From the NCBI GenBank assembly GCA_965235115.1, contig OZ249440.1, positions 34,288,001-34,352,000 on the forward strand: a stretch of 64,000 nucleotides of DNA. The letters run 5' to 3'. Below are positions 35,995 through 48,258 of this stretch, piece by piece. The translations under genes were made by a program, and so were the position numbers. The notes beneath the pieces were generated by a model. That model saw only the letters and a list, made by a program, of their open reading frames with translations, had not been told where the DNA came from and did no database searches. Positions within the stretch are counted from its first letter, which is position 1; each line of letters starts with the position of its first letter. Source of the DNA: Laetmonice hystrix. Taxonomy: Eukaryota.

Positions 35995-37860
35995 CTAATC
36001 GACACGAACATCCACTACTGAGTATCTATCTTTTTCTCCATCTAGCAGCACCTTGATGTTTCTCCCAAACAAAAGCTCCGCCAGGGGTCGACTGGTGGAC
36101 ACATGAGGAGTAGCCCTGTAATTGCGCAAAAACTTGAAGAGCTCCTGCCGCCAAGACTTTCCTTCGGCAGTTGCTGACTTTATAGCCTTGTTGAGCGGTT
36201 TCATTTAGTTCTCAGCTTGAGCGTTTGCTCTCGGCCAGAACAGCGTTATTTTGCGATGTTTTGTACCACAGTACTTCATAAATTTCGCAAACTCATGGCT
36301 CTGGATTGGCAGCCCATTATCAGTTTTTAGAGTGTCTGGCAGACCATGGGTAGCGAAGATCTTGTCCAAAACAGGAATTACACAACTCGCTGAGGTGGCG
36401 CCTAGCACTTCCACCACTGGGAACCTCGAATATTTGTCTATCACCACTAGGGTATGGACCACCAAAGTCAACTGACAGCATCTGCCAGGGCCTGTCTGGC
36501 AGAACTGACATCTGCAACGGATGTAGCCATTCATCCTTGTTTACAAGCGCACAAGCAGGGCAGCTCTCAACCACCCTCTCCACAAGTGAGTTCATGTTAG
36601 GAAACCAAACCTTGGTCCTCAACAATGATTTAGTCTTTACTAGGCCCTGAGGCTGAGTTCACATAGGAGTATACGGTATTCGTTATACGGGCACGGCGAG
36701 TCACGCCCGCCAGTGTCTTAATTCCCGACATGAATTGAAAGGTGCCCCCCTGCCCTCCCCTTGAACTGATTTCTTTGAAATTTTCAGAGTCAATACCCCT
36801 ATATATCGGCCCTTAGATCTGAAAATTTCGTTAAAAAATATCAAGAACTGTGTAAATGCTGAACTTTTAAACACAGGCACCGCAAGGTATACACTGCACT
36901 AAAATCGAACACGCACGATTCCCACTATACTATACTATACGCCTTTTCGAATAGTGCCCTCTGATGTGACCCGGTATTATAAGATCCTATTGTACGATTT
37001 AAGCTATTCGCGTGCCCTGCAAAACGTGCACCGTATACCCGTGCTGTATACTCCTATGTGAACTCAGCCTGATGGCCCTCATGAGCAAGTTAAACGGCAG
37101 CACAACGCAAGCACGTAGGTAACACTACCCTATGTCCTCGTAGCAACAAACCATTCTCAGACACGCTGAGCTCACGATGCTATTTCCTTACAACTCTTGT
37201 ACCAGTGCCAGTTGCCATGAATAACACAGTCGATTACATTCCTCATCATTGGGTCACTTTGAGTCTCACTGATCAGTTTGCTCAACGGCATCGCATGTAG
37301 GCATGATGATTCAGAAATGTAGTTGATATAGCCTTCAGTCACCTCCCTACCATGCACAGGCGTGGGTTTCAGAGGATGACGAGACAGGAAGTCCGCAGGA
37401 TTTGCAGATCCCGGACTGTACACCACTGTGAAGCTATACTGCTGCAGTCTTAAACACCACCTTTCAATCCTCGGGGACGGCTTCGCTAGCACGGGACGGC
37501 TTCGCTAGCACATTCGAGAAAATGCTGACTAGTGGTTTGTGGTCTGTGACCACAAAGGGTCTACCAAAAAGGTATAGGTGAAAATGTTCCACTCCCCACC
37601 GCACAGCTAAAGCTTCGCGTTCCACCTGCGATCACTGGGACTCGACCGCATCGAGAGCCCGAGATGCATATGATAGCACCTTTACTTGTTTCTCACCATT
37701 CCGAGAGTACTGAACTTGAGTCAAGATTGCGCCAAGACCACATGGCGCTGCATCCACAATCAGCTCTGTATCCAAGTCCTGATCAAAGTATGCCATAATA
37801 GTATAGCTCGTCAGGCTCTCCTTTAACCGAGCCCAAGACTCCTCACATTCTGACGTCTTC
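35995..37860 (-). pseudogene. Gypsy-type LTR retrotransposon pol remnant (RNase H and integrase)
   Basis: LIVDAAPCGLGAIL, YASRAL, RIERWCLRLQQY, ADFLSRHP, LRTKVWFPNM..CPAC, IDKYSRFP, LKTDNG and YRATPH motifs; frameshifted. Confidence 0.9.
36651..37069. mobile_element. PIF/Harbinger-type MITE (copy 1), inserted in the Gypsy integrase
   Basis: TIR ggctgagttcacataggagtata; TSD tga. Confidence 0.9.
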
Positions 37861-37971
37861 TGGCTTTGCAACGTTTCATTAATTTCTGGTTGGTATCATT
37901 CTTAGTTACTAGTGCAGTTCGAATGACCACTAGTTCCCTGGGTGAAAGATCTTGATAACGTGTGTGATGAG

Positions 37972-38075
37972 TGAGTGAGTAGTGGTGGTTTTGCGCCGTG
38001 TCGGCATCCGGGGCCATCTTCACGGCGAAAACAGAGTTATAAGACCATAAAACCAAAGGAACCTTTTTTATCCCG
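37972..38075 (-). mobile_element. About 100-bp 3'-end copy of the I-group LINE (subfamily B)
   Basis: (gagt)n tail plus 3' UTR; TSD acgtgtgtgatgag on both sides. Confidence 0.85.
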
Positions 38076-38855
38076 ACGTGTGTGATGAGGGGGACCCTTA
38101 GTCCGACATCCCATTGGTCGGACAGACCAATCCCCTATGGGTTAGAGTTGAGGTTAGGTTTAGTTATTTGGTTTTAGGCCAAAGTGGGCTGTCTGAGTAT
38201 TGGGCTGTCGGGCAACAGACCTAGAGCAAGCGTGACTGTATAAGCAGGGTTCTAGCTACCTATCTGTCAGCGTTGTGGGAGCGCAATGCTCTACCTTTTA
38301 CCGCAGCGCTGAGGGAGGGGACACCCCTCCTGTACCACAAAAGTTCAGGTTTTTTTCCTTCACTTGATCACACCCCTGCATACAAAATACTCGCAATATT
38401 TCACCAAAATGCACCCAGTTCACTTCATTTTTTCAAAATTTCCTGGGCAAGGTTGCCTCTGGACCACCGTGGTATTGCTTTGCTCTGGGGCTCACAATCT
38501 CAATACTGCTTAGGTTTCACCACCCTGAGGAAAAATCCTGGCAAGAACACTGGTGTTGTCGTATCTTTGGAGCCGATGGTTTCAATGACTGTTTATATGC
38601 TAACTGACCCGGTGAGGAGGGGCCTTGACACGAATCCTCACTGGATATGTCATGTCCTTAAAAAGGACAATTGTCAGGTCATAGAGACAAAAATGTTTGG
38701 CAACGAGAGTGAGAAGGTCGCAAGAAAGCTTACAAGAGGGGAGTATGTCATTCTGGCTACATATATCCTCACGACATACAATGACACAGAATACTTGAAA
38801 TTGTAGGTAAAGACAAAGGTAAATTTGTGCAACTGGCATTTTAAATTTTTAGCAG

Positions 38856-40431
38856 GAGTGAGTGAGTAGTGGTGGTTTCTGCCGTGCCGGCATCCGGGGC
38901 CATCTTCACGGCGAAAACAGGGTTAAAAGACCATGAAATGAAAGGAACCTATTTTATCCCGGGCCCCAACGGGAATATCATTAAAACACACTCCATCCTG
39001 TCAGCCCAACTGGGCTATCGACGAGCCTGAACTATACAAGAGTCAGAAGTCCTTGAGACTTGTCTCACTACAAAACCGTTGTCTGATCAGAGTAAAATCA
39101 CCACACTCAAGTAAAAGATGCTTCAGTGTCAAAGGACACTGACAGCCATGACACTCTGGAGGTGGCTCCCCCTTCAATAAAAACACGTGGGTTAATCTAG
39201 AATGACCAATCCTGCATCAAGTATAAACAATTTCATGCCGTGAAGACACCTTTGGTTCACGACAGGACTGATCTGATACAATTTATTGTTTGGTTGTTCA
39301 TCCCATTCAGCCTGCCATTTGTTCTTAATGTATGCCCAGATGGTAGGTCTGAGGTCAGAGGCTGGGATTGGACACAGTTCGACGTCTATTTCAAGAGCCC
39401 TCTTGGCAGTTCTATTTCAAGAGCCCTCTTGGCAGTTCTGTCAGCTTGCTCATTGCCCGGGATACCAACATGCCCAGGCACCCAGCAAAAGTGAATATCA
39501 AAGTTTGCATTGGCAAGCACTGCCAACTTGGACAAGATTTGAACGATCACTGGGTGATCTGTGTTCAAGTTAGCAAGTGCTTGCAGACAGGATAAGGAAT
39601 CCGAGAAAATGAGGAAGTCCTTTTCACAAGGCATACTGTGAGGGATACCTTGCCTGGACGTCAAGAAAATGTTCAAAATATGTCAGGGGATGAGTCTCTG
39701 ACTTCTTCAGTTGAGCCAACTGAAGAATGACGTCAGGCTTTTCCAGGTCCCAAGGAGAAATGTTGCAAAAATGTGTCTGCCCCAGGACGTTCAAATCAAT
39801 ATCCAGCTCCTCTAGATGAGGTTTCACCCTCAGTCCAAAAGGATGTATGTATGTTTCCTTTCTTTCAAATAAATGTTGGAACTGAGGGTGAAAAACGCAA
39901 TTGTAAGCTGGATTTGAACTGTTTGTCCCGAGCTTGACTGCATACTGCAGAGCCAGCTTCAGACGCCTGTTGTCAAGCGATGGTTCTCGGGCCTCCACAT
40001 AGAGGCTCTGAACAGGGGACGTTCTAAAAGCCCCAAGTGAAAGCCGCAAACCCTGGTGGTGAACCGTGTCCAAAAGCCGAATGTAAAACTTACAAGCAGA
40101 ACCATAAACTATGCTACCGTAATCGAGCTTCGACCGGATTAGTGAGTGAGTAGTGGTGGTTTTGCCCCGTGTCGGCATCCGGGGCCATCTTCATGTCGGC
40201 ATCCGGGGCCATCTTCGAGTTATAAGACCATAAAACCAAAGGAACCTATTTTATCCCGGTTTACGATGGGACTGATCTGATACAATTTATTGTTTGGTTG
40301 TTCATCCCATTCGGCCTGCCATTTGTTTTTAACATAAGCCCAGATGGTAGGTTTCAAGAGCCCTCTTGGCAGTTCTGTCAGCTTGCTCATTGCCCGGGAT
40401 GCCAACATTACCAGGCACCCAACAAAAGTGA
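38856..40431 (-). mobile_element. Two stacked, internally deleted 3' copies of the I-group LINE
   Basis: Tails at about 38856 and 40141; RNase H and RT-thumb fragments (LIRSKLDYGS, WVPGHVGIPGNE). The second copy resumes at 44237. Confidence 0.85.
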
Positions 40432-41149
40432 TTAAATGAAAGAGACGGTTTGGAGGAAAAGTCAACTTTATTGACTAACTATAAACTAATAAATGCGCGT
40501 GCGCGCTAAACTCACGGAGTACAAAATATGCAAAAGCATGCGCAAAAGTTAATATTAAAATCTGTAAACGCTGTGACGAATGTCAACTGTTAAAGGTGTC
40601 CTGACGGATAACTAAAATGCTGAGTTCCGTACCTCCTGAACAATCCCCCCCCCCGCAATGCAGGTAAGGTGGTAGAAGGGGAGGATGGAGGGAAGAAAAT
40701 ATCTGAGACAATTGTGGTGACAAAAAGTCTCTCCGCACGCGCTGCTTGCTGGAGGGTAACTGCCCCAAGCAGCTGTGTCCTTACGCAGATATACATGAGG
40801 GTCGAAACCCCCGCTGGCTGCCCCCCGCTGAGGCGCCTCCAACCATCTTTCCCTTTAAACATCATTAAGGGGCTTAATGTCCCTTAAATGAAAGAGACGG
40901 TTTGGAGGAAAAGTCAACTTTATTGAGTAACTATAAACTAATAAATGCGCGCGCTAAACTCACAAAGTACAAAATATGCAAAAGCATGCGCAAAAGTTAA
41001 TATTAAAATCTGTAAACGCTGTGACGAATGCCAACTGTTAAAGGTGTCCTGACGGATAACTAAAATCCTGAGTTCCGTACCTCCTGAACAATCCCAAACA
41101 CAGGTAGTGAAAGTAGTAGATACAAAAACGTAAATCCAGGGAAAGGAGG

Positions 41150-41600
41150 TCACGGGGGAGGTAACCTGGCCGCCATAGCGGAGGTGGCCCGCGCCAGACC
41201 ACTGGTGTCACTGATGATGTACGCCGTATAAGCGTTCGAGGTCCAATCGCTTAACTCACGAATAAGTCCCTCCGGTAAAGACAGCGACCAAAGGAAACAC
41301 CGCGTGTAAATGGCCGCGTGTAAGGGCGTGGTCACATCCAGCGCCTGCAAGATGGTGCGCAGGTGGCCGGGGGTAATTGGTCGCTTCCTGGTGACAGCGT
41401 CCCCCAGGCTCCGTCTGATCCCCCCTAACGTCAGGTTGAGTTGGTAAATGCCGTCTAGGGGGTTGGGGAGACCCCACTCCCGCGTTAGGTGCGAAGGCTG
41501 CTGCTTGGAACCTAGCCACTCGCTGGTCTAGGTCCTAAATGTCCGTTAAGGACTGTTTTCTGTAGGGTTGCATATAGGCGTTGGCTGCCTAGTAAATGGC
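41150..41600 (-). pseudogene. Ngaro tyrosine recombinase remnant (internally deleted)
   Basis: ...RKRPITP..LRTILQALD and C-terminal LIRELSDWTSNAYTAY (GxWxSxAYxxY-like). Confidence 0.7.
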
Positions 41601-41705
41601 TCGCAACCTAAAATTGTAGATGGCTGATGCCCAATAAATATCTCTGACAAGGGGGTTCTTAGCAGAACCTCTATTAATTATTGCCACCGCGGCCTGGTTG
41701 TCAGA

Positions 41706-43000
41706 TTAAACAGTCACTGTATGGTCACGCCACATGTGGCCGTAGATCAAGGCGGCGGGCCAAAGAGCCAGGACCTCTTTATAGTTGATGTGCAGGTCTG
41801 CAGTCCCTTCCCACAGGTCCCACCGCACGTGGAACCAGTGGCCGTCGTGGTAGCCTCCACCTCCCGCTGTGCAGGCGTCTATACACACAGATGCGTTACA
41901 TCGAATGTCCAAGATGGGGGTGCAACCGTTAAAGACTGCCATAAATCGTACCCACCATGTCAAATCCGCGCTCATTGAAGCTGTGATCCTGGTCCTGTGA
42001 TGTGGGAGGCGGAGGCTGTTAATCCGGTCAATCAGTCTCCTCAGGTGTGGCCGGCCTCCATAGATGACCTGTGCCGCCCAGTTTAACTTTCCGGCAAGCG
42101 ATTGAAGTTGCCTCTTGGACAGGCTGTGCTTACTGCCTGTAGATATTAACTCTGACTGAAGTTCTTTTATCTTCTCTGGTGGTAACGAGAGATTGAAGTT
42201 GAGGGTGTTGATTTCAGTGCCCAGAAACGTGAGCCGTGTAGTGGGGCCAACGACCTTACTGTAGTTGATGGCGAACCCCAGTTCTCTTAACAGGGTCAAC
42301 AGTCGGTTCATAATTTCCTGGCATTGTTTTTTGGTTTCCCCTATCACCAGAAAATCGTGTAGATAACATACAATAAGAATATCGCCTCGGGCTGCCATCA
42401 TCCTCTGTACTGCTTGGGTTAAGGTATTAAAGATCTTGGCCGACAGCCTGGCCCCGAACGGCAGCCTAGTGTCCACGAGAAAGGTAACATTCCCCGCCCC
42501 CTTAAATGTCCAGGCCAGCCCGGCGAAGTCATAGTCACTCGGGTGTATGCGCACACTCCTGTAAGCACGGTCTATCTTACCAAGATAGTAACCTCGCTGG
42601 ATAAGCGAGGTTGCGTGATGCAACGCTTGGAAAGAAAATTTTTCATTCACTGCCAAATCGTTAAGGGCACTACCTCGGGGACGGCAGGCGTCGTTTATAA
42701 GTCTGATCTTGTTTGAGTTGGGCTTGGGAATCGCTGCCAGGGGTGATATTATAGTAGGGGGCTTCTCACATACCACGTAACGTCCGTTGGCAATCTCCTG
42801 GTTAAACTGGTTCTCTACTGTCTCCCTATACCGAGGCCGTGTGGCTGAGGCGTGGTTCTCTTGCCTGACAGCGGTACCACTAAATGTCTGATTTGTTATT
42901 TTGAACCCATTTTTGACGCCGTCCAAAATGAACTCTATCTTTGTCCTCCTGAGGCAGCAGCCTCTCCCAAGCCTCGGGGCGTAAGGCGCCGTCTCGCCCC
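41706..43000 (-). pseudogene. Ngaro RT-RNase H
   Basis: KIRLIND, AYRSV, RLPFG, YLHDF (YLDDF mutated), FLG, LAGKLNWA, IDAC, HINYKE motifs. Confidence 0.9.
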
Positions 43001-43014
43001 AAAGCTGCCGGTTC

Positions 43015-44054
43015 CTATTCTTGTGCTGCGTGCTTGAACCTGCACTTGTCCCCGTATGGGCAGCGGCCGCTGTTGGAAAAGATGCGACACAGTTCATCCT
43101 CTACCTGGTTGGGCCTTCTGCTGTGGCCTCCATTACTACCGCCCCGTCCTCTGATGGTCTGTCTGATGGTTGTCTGGGAGCTGGGCCGGCGGGGGATCAG
43201 AAGCTGGGCTTCAAGGTCTGGGGCTCTCTGCCCCCACACGTGGCCGTACTCCTCCTGTATCTCTCGGTACCTGACGTCAAACGCCAGGAGGGACTGCCAT
43301 TCGTAGTTGGCTGCCAAGTCGTAGATGTAGGCGGTGTATGCCAGATAGTACTCTACATCCTTGCGCTTCAGCCGTCCCTGCTGGAGCAGGTCCGCCATCA
43401 GCCTGACGTTGGCCGCCCCCCACTCGGCCATTGATAGATACACCTCTGTGGTGTCATCGGTCTGCACAGAAAGCGATCGGTCTGCGCCTTCCCGAAGCTT
43501 GAGGGTTTCCTTCTTTCGTCTAGCCACACGCGCCTTGGCTCCCTCCGAAAGATAGGCACTGACCTGGAGCGCTTTACGTTGAGATGCACGGACTGTCAGG
43601 GACAGCCGCGGGTCATCGGCCATGTTCCCTGCCGATCTCCGCTCCTCCGGCGTAGGGTATTGGGACTCGGCCCTGGGGCCGCGCTGGTCTGCCATGAGCA
43701 AGGAGGGTTACCGCTGTCGTACCAGCCGGTCGAGCAGCTCCCCCGCCGTCAGGAGTTCCTGGTCTGCGCTTGTCCCTGCCCACGCCGTCGTCTCTCCTGC
43801 CGTGGTCGTTTTCTCTGCATACGTCTGCTGGGGAGGCTTGGGTTGGGGAAAGTTGTCGTTCCCAGTGCCGCCAGTGCTAGCCTCAGGGCCCGTGCCTGGC
43901 CTTGGGTGATGCTGAGGTGGGCTACGTCAGCTTCCGTCATTGCCTTGAGGACTGACACCTCCATTAAGTCCTCCTTGATGGCCTCTGTCGTTCTCCTTTT
44001 CAGGAGGTGTTTGGTTGCCCAATCCAGCAAAACAAAGGGAGGATCCTCGGCCAT
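43015..44054 (-). pseudogene. Ngaro gag-like ORF1 (split in two frames), ending in a CCCH zinc finger
   Basis: LSMAEWGAAN...Y...LAANYEWQSLLAFDVRYR..Q...WG motif typical of DIRS/Ngaro gag; LCRIFSNSGRCPYGDKCRFKH. Confidence 0.75.
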
Positions 44055-44379
44055 TTTGAGTTGAAGAAAATATCTGAGACAATTGTGGTGACAAAAAGTC
44101 TCCCCGCGCTGCTTGCTGGAGGGTAACTGCCCCGAGCAGCTGTGTCCTTACGCAGATATAGATGAGGGTCGAAACCCCCGCTGGGGCGCCTCCAACCGTC
44201 TTTCCCTTTAAACATCATTACGGGGCTTAATGTCCCATATCAAAGTTTGCACTGGCAAGAACTGCCAAAGATTTGGACGATCACTGGGTGATCTGTGTTC
44301 AAGTTAGCGAGTGCTTGCAGACAGGACAAGGAATCCGAGAAAATGAGGAAGTCCTTTTTGCCAGAAGCAGGGCCCGGGT

Positions 44380-45090
44380 GATCTGCATGAAGACCTTGCA
44401 GCAGAAGGAGACAATGTCTTTCAAATTGAGGATCCCACTGATGGAAGGGAGTCATTAGATAGTGATGATGGTGATGAACCTGAGCATACAGCTGCCGAGG
44501 TGATGGCAGATAAGCGGTGTTGCTTTTGAAAGCTGCATCCATTCTTTGCTGGCAATAAGAGTTCCACAGATATGTCCGAGAAAGCAGTGTGAAAGCCTCT
44601 GTGCAGCAGGCGTCTGCTCTGTTGATAACCTGGGTAAGTATTTTACTTCCTCTATTATAAATGTTGTGAAATAGGTTAAATTCATACCATATGCTATCTG
44701 ATAAATAAATTGCAGCTTTTTCTAAACTACGGGGTTTACTATGCAAGTGTAATATTTTTAAGCCCAACCTGTAACAGCATGTACATTGTGTATGCTCCCC
44801 CCCCCCAGAAATGCAGCAAAGGCCACCAACTTCACAGATGGGCATCACAACCAAGTCTCAGGGCTAGAAGTACCTACGCTGGAGATTACCTTATTGCTTT
44901 GAGCATCCTTCTGTCTGGCAACAACTACAGGAAGATTGCCTTGCTGTTCAGATTTCTTGGAATAGGTAGTTATTTTCTCTTGAACAGTACAGGTTTTATG
45001 AATTTCCAGCAGCAGTTCTGTTTCCCAGCAGAGGAAATCATGGAAAAAACTGTTGAAAAGCTGAAGAACAGCGATACTGCTGCTGCTTAA
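44380..45090 (+). pseudogene. DNA-transposase N-terminal fragment with intron (Kolobok-like)
   Basis: CSKGH..RWASQP...AGDYLIALSILLSGNNYRKIALLFRFLGI...FQQQFCFP resembles the region before the DDE core in such transposases; gt..ag intron at about 44634-44808. Confidence 0.5.
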
Positions 45091-45827
45091 ATGTTCACCG
45101 CCAATGTTCCCGTAGGGTCGTGACACCTTTATCTTCACCCCGGCGAGTCGTTAACCCTTTCAGGGCGGACGATGCCTTGAGGCATTACCGTGCCAGGGCG
45201 GATGATGCCTTGAGGCATTACCGCCCCAGGGCGGACAATGCCTTGGGGCACTTTTTTGTCTACTACGACCACTCCACGTAAATCCGGCCCATTGATAGCA
45301 AAGACTGTCAATCACCCAACTACAATTGTCAAGTAGCTGTACTAACTCCCCCCTTACATATTACTTTCATTGCTATTGTCTTTTAGACATTTATGTGTCC
45401 CAAAATCACGTTTTTCGAGACGAAAATCCAAAATGGCTCGCCCACGTGGGGTGGTGCGCAAAACTGGGTCAGCCTCTGTGACGACTGTGACGTAACAAAC
45501 GTCGCCGGCATAGGGTTAAAACATCCTTGTCGCCACTGTAATGTCTTTGGGAGAACTTTACTTCCTACAGTTAATGGACCCGACTTTGTGGCCCTGCTCT
45601 GCGCATGTGCATTCTTTATTCCGGTTCCTACATGTATACATGAGGTCACCACAGAGAGCGTCACAATTAGACTGGTATTAACCACTGAGGTGGCGCCTTT
45701 AATAACATGCTCAGAATGCACTGCCACTTGTAAACACGGTCGTAATGTAGAGCTTATAAACTTGGCCTTTTTTCCGATATTTAAGGTATTATTTATGAAA
45801 TAAAATAGTGTAAGATATGGTGGAACA

Positions 45828-45944
45828 GGGTTTAAACATGATTTTCAGTGTGTGGCCCCAGATCACAGCACTCGGACCTCGACGTTCTGTCTCGGACCTT
45901 GTGCTGTGATCTGGGGTCACACACTGAAAATCATGTTTAAACCC
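45828..45944. repeat. Near-perfect 117-bp palindrome
   Basis: gggtttaaacatgattttcagtgtgtggccccagatcacagcac pairs with gtgctgtgatctggggtcacacactgaaaatcatgtttaaaccc. Confidence 0.9.
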
Positions 45945-46384
45945 TTAGGCCAACAATTCTTATTTTGGGCCGACAATTTTCAGCCAAAGCCAAGTTACAT
46001 TGGCCCGGTGGGCCGACAGCAATTTTTACCAAATCGGCACCAGTCACTGAAACAACGAACTCCCGAAAATACTTTTATCATGTTAACTAGCTCTGCCTAA
46101 GTTGTAACAAAGAATGTAAATAATGGTGCGTTCTTTGATTGGATTGGATTCAAGATGGCGACGTAGCTAGTCGACTGATAGTGGGTTCCCTATTCAAATG
46201 GTGATTCTGGTCATTTGTAAGCAAGTCTAGAAAAATCGTTGGCTGTGACTTATACAATAATGACGACGGATGAGTAGAGCTTATTCTGGGAACGGATGCA
46301 TGATAATAGTACGTGGATTGCCTCGGATTACATTCTGTGTTAGCCCAATCGACACTGTGGCCATATCCATTGTTGGGAGTTACC

Positions 46385-47681
46385 ATGAGTATACAAACAC
46401 GATCCGGCAGGAAACCAGGTGCAGGCCCCCCAGAACCATAAGCAGACGCTGAACGGAGCTGGCAAGATAAGTCAGATGCTACTTTCAACAAAATCTCACT
46501 TCTAGATGTGGTTAAGAAAGATGTTAAAGCCCTGAAACAAACTATAGACTCGCTTGGTAACTTAAATGACAAGATTGAAACACTCGATGTAGAGGTAACA
46601 CACAACAAACATGAAATTGTCGGCATGAAAGATACCATAAAAGAATTACAACAAGATGTCCAACAACTCAGATCAGAAAACGCGGATTTAAAAGACCAAG
46701 TAAAGAAGCTTGAATATAGTAGGGCTGATACTCGTAACTACGAACGGCGGAAAGAAAAGCAAGATAGATCATGCAATCTAGTCATTGAAGGAGTAAACGA
46801 AACAGAATCTGATGAGGACTCACTCATTCACCTCTCAGCCGAAGTTCTGTCCAACACGGGTGTCAGAGTGAGTTACGTAGACATAAGCGAAGCATATAGA
46901 ATAGGGTCAAAGATTCAAGGTTCAAAAAGGCCAAGACCCATATTAATATCTTTCGTACGTAAACAGCTAAAAAAGAAAGTGTACCGCTCAAGAACATATC
47001 TGAAGAAAAATCCCAGATGTAAATATGTATGGGTAAACCTGGACCTGACAGATGACCAAAGATCTCAAAGAGCAGACCTTCACTTGCTAGTATGTAAGGC
47101 TACTGATACAGACCACAGAGCACGACAAGCAGGCGACAGCATTGTAGTTGACGGGCTCAAGTACTCATTTGATTCCATACACAAACTTCCAAACACCATA
47201 ACACTTGAAACAGCCTCGACCCGCCAAACCAACAAAGGCCCCCGCCTTTCATGGCAGGCACTCGTTCCTCAGCAATTTCTCTGCTAGCCCCATTGAATAT
47301 CAAGGTGTAAGCTACTCATGTGTCGAACAAGCCTTCCAGGCCGCAAAGGCCGCGCGAAATGGTAGACCTGATATAGCAGCTCTTATAAAGAAAGAAAACG
47401 ATCCGATCAAGCACAAACGACTAGGAGCCTCCCTTCCAGACTCAACAGCCTGGAAGCAAGAAAAGGAGCAGGTTATGCGTGACCTCATTGCCGCCAAATT
47501 TCGCCAAAACCCTCTCCTAAAAGCTAAGCTCAAAGATACTGGTTCAGCAAATTTAATCGAAGGCACATTGGACTCATTCTGGGGAGCAGGGGCTACGTTG
47601 TACTCTAAAGAAATGAAAGACGGAACGTGGTCTGGATTGAACAATTTGGGAACCATACTTCGCGAGGAGAGGAGGAAATAA
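46385..47681 (+). pseudogene. ORF1p (coiled coil, RRM, CTD) fused to a C-terminal NADAR/YbiA domain; one stop (46439) and one frameshift (C-run 47239-47243)
   Basis: ORF1 motifs RSCNLVIEGVNE, AYRIG, RPRPILISF and VWVNLDLT. NADAR motifs FLSNFSAS, CVEQAFQAAKA, KRLG, KFRQNPLL, LIEGTLDSFWGAG and GLNNLG. Confidence 0.85.
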
Positions 47682-47735
47682 GTGAGGAGTGAACTTTGGG
47701 CGGAAGCGTTCCTAAAAGCAGCCATGAAAATGTCT

Positions 47736-47983
47736 CCCTCAGTGATGCTCGCGTTGCGACTTCACAACTGAGGGTATACATTCTTATGTAAATATCGATC
47801 AGTCTTCCCTCAGTGATGCTCACGATACTACTTCACAATTGAGAGTACACATTCTTAATGTAAATATCGGTCAGCCTCCCTCAGTGATGCTCGCGTTGCG
47901 ACTTCACAACTGAGGGTATACATTCTTATGTAAATATCGGTCAGTCTTCCCTCAGTGACGCTCACGATACTACTTCACAACTG
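47736..47983. repeat. 71-bp tandem repeat x3.5 (A-B-A-B) in the inter-ORF spacer
   Basis: ccctcagtga starts at 47736, 47807, 47878 and 47949. Confidence 0.9.
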
Positions 47984-48258
47984 TTAAAAGCCCGTTCGCG
48001 CTGCGACCTCGGCTCAGGATTATGGGTAGCTGTCACGCCACACAATAAATTATCTCGTTCGTATAGGTAAAACTGAATCACCTATGCACAGGTCAACTCC
48101 CTGCATTCATCGCATGCTACGGATGCTGATAAATATTATGACTGTATGAGATCAGTTCCTAATCTGCTCCCATCGGGCCCTAACTCCAGAAAGATGTAAC
48201 ATAAATACGGCCCAACTCATTATTGCTTCATCCTCGTACACCATGACTCATCATTCAT

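Larger units (their letters stand above)
40432..44236 (-). mobile_element. Ngaro-type (DIRS group) tyrosine-recombinase retrotransposon with split direct repeats A1...B1-A2-B2
   Basis: A1 44064-44236 matches A2 at about 40690-40883; B1 at about 40884-41095 matches B2 at 40432-40645. There is no TSD: host aaagtga|atatca rejoins exactly. Confidence 0.9.

Noticed and set aside
38140..38180. Telomere-like ggttag repeats (also 30233-30252)
   Set aside because: Only a few degenerate units inside small MITE-like elements; not a telomeric array.
47736..47983. CRISPR-like hairpin repeat-spacer array next to an RT
   Set aside because: The intervening sequences are themselves repeated, so this is a tandem repeat inside a LINE.
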